Below, in pieces: positions 61,301 through 64,000 of a DNA stretch of 64,000 bases. Every line of letters begins with the position of its first letter. The stretch's first letter is position 1. This DNA comes from Phoronis australis. Lineage: Eukaryota > Animalia > Phoronida. The notes beneath the pieces are model-generated. The model did no database searches. It saw nothing but the letters and a program-made list of their open reading frames with translations, and had not been told where the DNA came from. Where the stretch lies: the NCBI GenBank assembly GCA_002633005.1, contig NMRA01000388.1, positions 248,001 to 312,000 on the forward strand, read 5' to 3'. Position numbers and translations under genes: made by a program.

Positions 61301-63990
61301 ATTGAATTTATTAGCCTTGACCAGAGCTATAAAACAGCATAACCCTCGTCGATTTCTAGCAAAGGCTGCCAGTCAATTTTTCTGAAATCGAGGCGGCGAC
61401 CTCATCAGCTGTTTCGTTGCTAGATGCTGTGAAAATGGTCGACGCGGACAGCGTGTAGCTGATCAAAGCCTGCATAGACAAAGATTTATTTTCTGCGTAA
61501 GATGTGAGACAAAGAGGAGAGGCGTGGAAGTACATTAGAAGTATGTCCTCTCCAGCATCACGGTATGCATTTGGCAACGAAATCTAGCGCTGGACTGCCG
61601 TGCGAGACGAATTGAACATTTCCATGGCCAGCTTTGGTTTAGACAGCCGGGTGGGTTTACATTATTCTCACGCCGTCTTTCGGGAATACCTTGACATTCA
61701 TACTTACTTTTAATTGAATTTAAACGTAAACCTAATATTCTTGTTGAAAAACCTATCATGTTTCCAGTCTTTGCAAACCCTCGCTAAGTCTCAAATATTT
61801 TCGAATGATCTCGGCCAGTCGGCGTCATGAAAGTTCGCTTCCCTAAATGGGCAAATTCACTTTTTTAGAAAAACGATAACCTGAAGCAAAAAAAAACACA
61901 TTCACATAAGAAAATTAGTGTATTTTTTATGAAAATTCCGAAAAGCAATATTATTCCAAGATTTGTAAATTTTGTTTATCTTCGCGCGTTTTATTCTTTC
62001 TCCATTGCGTCACTTGAAGACCTTACATAAAATCGATAAATGTAAATACTCCAACCGCGGGCTATTTTCTCTGTAAATGCACAGCGTTCTTGACAATTTC
62101 TTATGCAATAAAATAACCAATCGAGTATAGACTACCTGTAATTGTGGTAATTTTTCTGTCAACACGTTTTCATCACAGGTTGTAGTTCGCGTAGACGTCA
62201 CAAGATAATGGAGTCCCATACCCAGTATATTTTGGAAACCATTCTATACACCGTTCCAAGAGTTTAAGTTGATTTTGATGTTGTCCACGACATTGCTAAC
62301 TGCAGATTTTTTCTTTTTTTACTTTACTAAAAGTGAGTTCCCTCCGTCATCGTTGGCCATGTACAAATTACGCTTAATCTCATCATCGTTTTCGTGTTTT
62401 AGTGCCCCGTTCCGAGCGGGGGTGACTGGAATGACGAAACCGTTTCACGTAATTCGTGAGTTTTTTTAGCCAGTGCAACGTACAGACTAGCAAGGATTCG
62501 CAAATAACTACTCGGAGTCCCCCCCCCCGCGTCACATCACATCACTCAATAGGCTCGACAGTCGCTTTCTTGCGTTCTTTTTCACATTAACAGTTATATT
62601 GGTACCCTACCGAGAAACTAGACGGCTCGGATCTAGTCTAGCCCATGTCTGGTCATAGAAATGACGTAGAACAAATAATGGCCCTCCCAGCAGTAGGGCA
62701 CATTTTCGTCTTCTCATCGCAATGATCGACTATTACTTCACTGATGCATCTACATTGTCATGTAAATGAATCGTCATACTCAGTCACAATCGTGATTCTA
62801 GCGTGTCTTCGGTACAACCTCGAAATGCAAAATTTTGAATTTGAATTTTTTAATTAAATTCATAATTTCAACCATCAATGTAGCGAGGATAGAACATCAG
62901 TGTGACTGTCACGTTGATTACTTATGCCGCACACCAGCCTAGGCCTGTTTCACTGCACGTACATATGCAATGTACATGATCGTTTGCATTATTCTCTAAG
63001 TTTGTGTTCATTCATGTAGTTAGTTATTGCTGAACTTATCGATAATGTTTCATTAATCATCTTCTGCCTGATATGCGTTAGTTCTACGTACCTTCTCAAC
63101 AAAGATTCAGTAAAATTTTCTGCACTTTGTTCGTACCTTCTCAACAAAGATTCAGTAAAATTTTCTGCACTTTTTTCGTACCTTCTCAACAAAGATTCAG
63201 TAAAATTTTCTGCACTTTGTTTTGCAATGCTAAGACGGTGAAACACTATTCACTGAGTCCCCTCTTTCCGTACCCGTCCAATCTCAAGTTGCAGCATAGA
63301 ACGGCAAAACTGGCCATGCCTAGTAGAGTTCTACGAGTCAGTTAAATCGGTTATTCTGAATTGGATCATTAATACAAGAGCCGATTTGAAGGCACTGGGC
63401 CCATATCCTGCTCGTCGGAAGCGTGTCGTTTTAGGGGCTTCGCAAAATTGTGTTTGCCCCACCCCCTTGCAATATTCTAGAACCCCAAGTGCATTAGCTA
63501 GTTGTTTTTATATGATTAACTGTGAAGAGTCCACTCATTTTATGCGTTCCTTTATGCATAGCTTAAATTTGAAATGGCACAACAACGTATAATGTGGAAA
63601 TAAGCAGAATAACGTGACTGACAGATGTTGGGAAGGTAATAAATGGTGAATCGTTGTCATAATGTGATGTTTTAGGCTTTATTTTCATGTTAATCTACGT
63701 AAACCCATTTGATTCAAATGAAAAATGTCAAATAACTTAGCACTAACAGATTTTGACTAGACCGAGGATGTAACCCTATTTGCTGAGCGACAGTCCGAAT
63801 TCACCGTCAGTTTCATTGTCCGGCTTGATTTAACCTTTCTTTTGACTACAACACTTGAACTCATGGTCAACAAGCAAAATGGAGGGGTAGGAAACACGCA
63901 CTTACCTGAACATGCTCCCGACGGCAATGTCGAGAAAATCACGAAAATAATCCAATAACAAACTTTAAGGTTGATCCCGGAGTCTGTCAT
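1264..63990 (-). CDS. PKHD1L1: Fibrocystin-L / PKHD1L1-like gene, 49 coding exons traced (about 3131 aa), 3'-truncated by window edge
   Basis: Exon chain with GT-AG sites and consistent phases from ATG 63990 to 1264. Diagnostic family motifs: GQAFRLGRYPVHFHL, EDGIETGNTFQYNLAVFV, SLLNDDITPAAYWITNPNN, GGTHFGFWYRM, ACPDGFNTGEFVTQTCFQGRFGAEMGSDEFGG, YGIGYAWS, multiple IPT/TIG repeats, PA14 and two G8 domains. Confidence 0.95.
2047..2274. repeat. Degenerate 30-48-bp tandem repeat with a CTGACCAATG core
   Basis: Units start near 2076, 2117, 2147, 2189 and 2236. The last unit overlaps the exon 48 donor. Confidence 0.7.
2261..2430 (-). CDS. PKHD1L1: Exon 48, G8 domain 2 (KWIVKY...IEGTLE...GRMVAGWQDNRFKNK)
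   Basis: CTCCAG acceptor, AAG|GTGATG donor, phase 1 to 0. Confidence 0.85.
3077..3295 (-). CDS. PKHD1L1: Exon 47 (SGKQPE...FRCYYPKCLPPP...DLLIPK), start of G8 domain 2
   Basis: ACATAG acceptor, GTAAGT donor, phase 1 to 1. Confidence 0.9.
3470..3900 (+). mobile_element. Decayed non-LTR retrotransposon (LINE, RTE/RTEX-like) RT C-terminal fragment
   Basis: Plus-strand translation gives LFDKTVNPCLSYGTEIRGF, GECGRYSL and KYW*KIL, with stops and frameshifts. These resemble the LINE pattern LFDxxVxPILxYGxExWG...GELGRYPL...KYW. Confidence 0.7.
4335..4506 (-). CDS. PKHD1L1: Exon 46 (ASEWVILCH...KNGDWTYNPETRKFCYI)
   Basis: TTCCAG acceptor, GTAAGT donor, phase 0 to 1. KNGDW motif. Confidence 0.9.
5048..6432 (-). 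CDS. PKHD1L1: Exon 45, 1385 nt, PbH1 parallel beta-helix region
   Basis: TTTCAG acceptor, GTAAGT donor, phase 1 to 0. Strongly conserved fibrocystin-L motifs in the 500-aa ORF. Confidence 0.95.
7309..7425 (-). CDS. PKHD1L1: Exon 44 (EFVTQTCFQGRFGAEMGSDEFGGHIMVH...)
   Basis: TTCCAG acceptor, GTAAGT donor, phase 1 to 1. Confidence 0.93.
7836..8112 (-). CDS. PKHD1L1: Exon 43 (VGDMIVLPTTGHRHTQSENE...EVGLLTHNV...ACPDGFNT)
   Basis: ACTTAG acceptor, GTAAGT donor, phase 0 to 1. Confidence 0.93.
8604..8695 (-). CDS. PKHD1L1: Exon 42 (KPVAKTWVLLAATASAGTNTITLKTAVTWK)
   Basis: ACCCAG acceptor, GTAGGG donor, phase 1 to 0. Confidence 0.9.
9259..9388 (-). CDS. PKHD1L1: Exon 41, G8 (IGTEDVPY...EIPVYGTKNLGVRNGTLDLH)
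   Basis: TTGCAG acceptor, GTATGT donor, phase 0 to 1. Confidence 0.92.
10068..10159 (-). CDS. PKHD1L1: Exon 40, G8 (ALIFED...NILINKGGLLQ)
   Basis: TTGCAG acceptor, GTTAGT donor, phase 1 to 0. Confidence 0.9.
10520..10691 (-). CDS. PKHD1L1: Exon 39, start of G8 domain 1 (YFYIDRWSSPFTWGG...TPILKVLVIE)
   Basis: TTTCAG acceptor, GTGAAG donor, phase 0 to 1. DxWSSxFTWGG motif. Confidence 0.92.
10697..10717. repeat. (ATA)n microsatellite next to the exon 39 acceptor
   Basis: Seen directly. Confidence 0.85.
11045..11210 (-). CDS. PKHD1L1: Exon 38 copy A (duplicate)
   Basis: Same peptide as 14789-14954. Ends in phase 0, matching exon 39. Confidence 0.85.
11470..11644 (-). CDS. PKHD1L1: Exon 37 copy A (duplicate)
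   Basis: Near-identical to 15216-15390 (SSATPLV vs SSVTPVV). Confidence 0.85.
12206..12346 (-). CDS. PKHD1L1: Exon 36 copy A (duplicate)
   Basis: Same peptide as 16561-16701. Confidence 0.85.
13205..14173 (-). CDS. PKHD1L1: Exon 35 copy A (duplicate)
   Basis: Near-identical to 17569-18537, with an E/K difference (IKCEVGP vs IKCKVGP). Confidence 0.85.
14203..14733. other. Assembly gap (531 N)
   Basis: Run of N separating the two duplicate blocks. Confidence 0.99.
14789..14954 (-). CDS. PKHD1L1: Exon 38 copy B (LTKANNVIDIGGSPC...GKSCE)
   Basis: TTTTAG acceptor, GTATGT donor, phase 2 to 0. Confidence 0.87.
15216..15390 (-). CDS. PKHD1L1: Exon 37 copy B (GTSTVDCDVV...MGGTAGGTVVTITGSGF)
   Basis: GCTCAG acceptor, GTATAA donor, phase 1 to 2. 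Confidence 0.88.
16561..16701 (-). CDS. PKHD1L1: Exon 36 copy B (SQCGGNTLTIAGSGF...KCLTAAS)
   Basis: TTACAG acceptor, GTGAGT donor, phase 1 to 1. Confidence 0.88.
17569..18537 (-). CDS. PKHD1L1: Exon 35 copy B, 969 nt, about three IPT/TIG repeats
   Basis: TTACAG acceptor, GTACTT donor, phase 1 to 1. Lies in the 335-aa ORF with repeated S/T-P-x-x-G-S-x-x-GG motifs. Confidence 0.92.
19218..19368 (-). CDS. PKHD1L1: Exon 34 (TLSLRVGNTGYA...LLPHISGVSPATGSLNGGTSVTISGHGL)
   Basis: TTCTAG acceptor, GTAGGA donor, phase 0 to 1. Confidence 0.9.
19766..19850 (-). mobile_element. Inverted end fragment of the same MITE family
   Basis: Reverse complement reads CTAAAAGTTTCATACGAATC...CCTACATAACCTTAA. Confidence 0.45.
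20244..20410 (-). CDS. PKHD1L1: Exon 33, IPT (TSEDEIVIKGKGFASKNCQNEVKFG...SEG)
   Basis: GTTTAG acceptor, GTGAGT donor, phase 1 to 0. Confidence 0.88.
21099..21254 (-). CDS. PKHD1L1: Exon 32 (SASADNSGCPGG...FAYWMCKTPSVSSVSRTN)
   Basis: CAATAG acceptor, GTTAGT donor, phase 1 to 1. Confidence 0.87.
21274..21793 (+). mobile_element. About 520-bp non-autonomous DNA transposon (TTAAGGTT...AACCTTAA), Kolobok-like
   Basis: Terminal inverted TTAAGGTT/AACCTTAA. Both ends resemble the copy at 51541-52050. Confidence 0.6.
21983..22159 (-). CDS. PKHD1L1: Exon 31 (SFKHQFLSTGTYYYWSG...MRGVITV...EAEYNKG)
   Basis: ACACAG acceptor, GTAAGT donor, phase 1 to 1. Confidence 0.9.
22910..23092 (-). CDS. PKHD1L1: Exon 30, cupredoxin-like insert (YGIGYAWSQPRLTIQVGDYVEWTW...)
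   Basis: TGTTAG acceptor, GTGGGT donor, phase 1 to 1. Confidence 0.9.
24199..24446 (-). CDS. PKHD1L1: Exon 29, IPT (YKLTVTDVTPLEGSNEGGTLLTLTGEGF...LGIDP)
   Basis: CTTCAG acceptor, GTAAAA donor, phase 2 to 1. Confidence 0.9.
24946..25138 (-). CDS. PKHD1L1: Exon 28, IPT (GGTINITGSGLG...VKVFVDGKGDGDL)
   Basis: CACCAG acceptor, GTAAGA donor, phase 1 to 2. Confidence 0.88.
25977..26112 (-). CDS. PKHD1L1: Exon 27 (ASGATESVTV...CGDCQFTYKSLKTPVI...)
   Basis: TCTTAG acceptor, GTTAGT donor, phase 0 to 1. Confidence 0.88.
26260..26541 (+). mobile_element. Partial (3') copy of the same MITE family
   Basis: CTGAAAGTTTCTTATGAATC...GATATGATGTTCCAAAGTT...AACCTTAA. Confidence 0.55.
26814..26938 (-). CDS. 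PKHD1L1: Exon 26, IPT (GLPITISGAGF...LVCTSPEV)
   Basis: CTATAG acceptor, GTAAGT donor, phase 1 to 0. Confidence 0.9.
27469..27850. mobile_element. Possible hAT-like MITE
   Basis: Ends CAGAGCTCGATT...AATCGCTCTG, with subterminal TGG(C/T)GAC repeats and the palindrome TGGTGACCTATAGGTCACCA. Related start CAGTGCTCGATT at about 36597. No clear TSD. Confidence 0.4.
28536..28817 (-). CDS. PKHD1L1: Exon 25, IPT (AAQPGCSNGAELVIDGTGF...ISPKEGSIG)
   Basis: TTATAG acceptor, GTAGGC donor, phase 1 to 1. Confidence 0.9.
29558..29672 (-). CDS. PKHD1L1: Exon 24 (VSVLVNGLPTKCSGDCAYSY...ASRRRK)
   Basis: GTCTAG acceptor, GTAATG donor, phase 0 to 1. VNGxPxKCSGDC motif. Confidence 0.88.
30711..30833 (-). CDS. 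PKHD1L1: Exon 23 (ISKKSLSGN...PITGDFLRTVHRNETQ)
   Basis: CTTAG acceptor, GTATGT donor, phase 0 to 0. GDxLRT motif. Confidence 0.88.
31395..31546 (-). CDS. PKHD1L1: Exon 22 (TVGMYASDLK...TCHSQSWEVEWKFPGGDRPTMT)
   Basis: TTCCAG acceptor, GTAAGG donor, phase 1 to 0. Confidence 0.87.
32440..32587 (-). CDS. PKHD1L1: Exon 21 (VKSGSLTSS...GPVNGHFTITVNGKELK)
   Basis: CTCAAG acceptor, GTAAGC donor, phase 0 to 1. Confidence 0.83.
32978..33126 (-). CDS. PKHD1L1: Exon 20 (LSKFRIPP...LCANNFQLFSTKFGQ)
   Basis: CCATAG acceptor, GTACTT donor, phase 1 to 0. Confidence 0.85.
33951..34111 (-). CDS. PKHD1L1: Exon 19 (WQYTCLPII...FFFDQISVSAEPRTTL)
   Basis: TTGCAG acceptor, GTATAC donor, phase 2 to 1. WxYTC motif. 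Confidence 0.88.
34720..34811 (-). CDS. PKHD1L1: Exon 18 (LCFGHKFPVGEVAELQFNGGTKESLAAGTG)
   Basis: TTTTTAG acceptor, GTAAGT donor, phase 0 to 2. Confidence 0.83.
35449..35664 (-). CDS. PKHD1L1: Exon 17 (FKDKLKALFKSRC...YFEDFE...PLCGEKSVRKP...HH)
   Basis: TTTCAG acceptor, GTGAGT donor, phase 0 to 0. CGxxSxxxP family motif. Confidence 0.88.
35854..36088. repeat. Foldback/palindromic element with a central 71-bp near-perfect hairpin
   Basis: 35-bp arms with 3 mismatches at 35943-36013. Outer inverted repeat GGTCACATGA/TCATGTGACC. Confidence 0.75.
37102..37274 (-). CDS. PKHD1L1: Exon 16 (RVPKITYETE...PISITASADA)
   Basis: CAACAG acceptor, GTAAGT donor, phase 1 to 0. Confidence 0.85.
37768..37908 (-). 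CDS. PKHD1L1: Exon 15 (KFTSDKRESELKAQLNGL...FTITFAAFC)
   Basis: TTTTTCAG acceptor, GTACGA donor, phase 1 to 1. Confidence 0.85.
38497..38617 (-). CDS. PKHD1L1: Exon 14 (TVVFDGIQSQ...FRLCVYGLCT)
   Basis: CCGCAG acceptor, GTAAGT donor, phase 0 to 1. Confidence 0.85.
38928..39090 (-). CDS. PKHD1L1: Exon 13 (YYMSVAHMDGYSYG...TRKLEVQ)
   Basis: GTGCAG acceptor, GTGCAC donor, phase 2 to 0. Confidence 0.87.
40803..40894 (-). CDS. PKHD1L1: Exon 12, PA14 (KMIAYTTRYCKNFDIQESQKSEVFQLVKNK)
   Basis: TTTCAG acceptor, GTAAGG donor, phase 0 to 2. Confidence 0.88.
41782..42083 (-). CDS. PKHD1L1: Exon 11, PA14 domain (NRGSTIY...YFVAPFTGRYKFYIKGDDIVQLYFS)
   Basis: TTTCAG acceptor, GTGAGT donor, phase 1 to 0. 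PA14 motif APxxGxYxFxxxGDD. Confidence 0.92.
43069..43164 (-). CDS. PKHD1L1: Exon 10 (VPCKVTSFDISKVECITGPKP...FYQ)
   Basis: TTTTAG acceptor, GTAAGG donor, phase 1 to 1. Confidence 0.9.
43643..43756 (-). CDS. PKHD1L1: Exon 9, IPT (VVSVSPSVGSTQGGTKITVVGRNFD)
   Basis: TTACAG acceptor, GTTTGT donor, phase 1 to 1. Confidence 0.9.
44387..44524 (-). CDS. PKHD1L1: Exon 8 (GVNISLIESGGRGR...IEMFQQYA)
   Basis: CAACAG acceptor, GTGAGA donor, phase 1 to 1. MFQxYA motif. Confidence 0.88.
45396..45475 (-). CDS. PKHD1L1: Exon 7 (QADLLKVDSEHSDWGYAYCKVMGNEI)
   Basis: TTTTTTCAG acceptor, GTGAG donor, phase 2 to 1. Confidence 0.85.
46284..46328. repeat. (GT)n microsatellite
   Basis: Seen directly. Confidence 0.95.
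46864..46919. repeat. (ATGCACT)n heptamer tandem repeat
   Basis: Six perfect units plus two ATGCAGG variants, inside the Gypsy protease remnant. Confidence 0.95.
49331..49360 (-). CDS. PKHD1L1: Exon 6, 30-nt micro-exon (GIAGSQECR)
   Basis: TTTTAG acceptor, GTAAGT donor, phase 2 to 2. Supplies the G-x-x-C strand expected in the IPT domain. Confidence 0.7.
50717..50828 (-). CDS. PKHD1L1: Exon 5 (ETLLKMRGVFYTDAYGSNT...IKFT)
   Basis: TACAG acceptor, GTCCGT donor, phase 1 to 2. TDxYGSN family motif. Confidence 0.87.
51541..52050 (+). mobile_element. Second copy of the TTAAGG-terminated MITE family
   Basis: Starts TTAAGGTTATAAAAACCTTATCGGCAAG (compare 21275). The 3' block CTGAAAGCTTCATATGAATC...GAGATATGGTGTTCTGAAGTTAGC is shared with 26440-26540. 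Confidence 0.6.
52123..52183 (-). CDS. PKHD1L1: Exon 4 (VQKWLSPYIYNILPRSGPAG)
   Basis: TTCTAG acceptor, GTGTGT donor, phase 0 to 1. Start of an IPT domain (P-x-I-x-x-I-x-P-x-S-G). Confidence 0.82.
53757..53865 (-). CDS. PKHD1L1: Exon 3 (EMEIDTYHVRVRVRGVDV...SCRVY)
   Basis: TCCAG acceptor, GTAAGT donor, phase 2 to 0. Resembles the family motif Y-x-V-R-V-x-V-x-G-V. Confidence 0.87.
55309..55504 (-). CDS. PKHD1L1: Exon 2, first IPT/TIG (DEPYISEIQPRH...EKLACYS)
   Basis: TTGCAG acceptor, GTAAGT donor, phase 1 to 2. Confidence 0.88.
55740..56360. mobile_element. Possible MITE with inverted subterminal TCCGAA repeats
   Basis: TCCGAAGGGCC (about 55839) and GGCCCTTCGGA (56343) form an inverted pair, with further (G/T)TCCGAA motifs nearby. 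Confidence 0.4.
63087..63221. repeat. Tandem repeat, 45 bp x 3
   Basis: CGTACCTTCTCAACAAAGATTCAGTAAAATTTTCTGCACTTT(G/T)TT at 63087, 63132 and 63177. Confidence 0.95.
63906..63990 (-). CDS. PKHD1L1: Exon 1, signal peptide MTDSGINLKVCYWIIFVIFSTLPSGACS
   Basis: ATG, hydrophobic core, small-residue cleavage region, donor CAG|GTAAGT. Phase 1 matches exon 2. Confidence 0.8.
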
Positions 63991-64000
63991 GACTATTCGT

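Noticed and set aside
63087-63221. CRISPR-like array
   Set aside because: The units are head-to-tail with no unique spacers, in a eukaryotic intron, with no cas genes.

Overview
This window is AT-rich metazoan genomic DNA, probably from a marine invertebrate (inferred). Nearly all of it is one minus-strand, multi-exon gene encoding a fibrocystin-L (PKHD1L1)-like protein. By reading GT-AG boundaries and codon phases I traced 49 coding exons, from the signal-peptide exon (ATG at 63990) down to 1264. They give 9394 nt, about 3131 aa, in one continuous frame; the 3' end lies beyond the window start. The domain order is signal peptide, IPT/TIG, PA14, linker, many IPT/TIG with a cupredoxin-like insert, G8, PbH1 beta-helix, second G8. 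Exons 35-38 occur twice (10990-14202 and 14734-18566) either side of a 531-N gap and are phase-incompatible in tandem, so this is most likely uncollapsed haplotypes. The introns hold an internally deleted Ty3/Gypsy element, a decayed LINE, a TTAA-flanked Kolobok-like MITE family, foldback elements and simple repeats. The most interesting protein-level signals are two internal furin-type motifs: RRRKR, formed across a splice junction, and RRKR, in an insertion within the second G8 domain. I see no evidence of a wholly new biological system. Homology statements rest on recalled family motifs, not on database searches.
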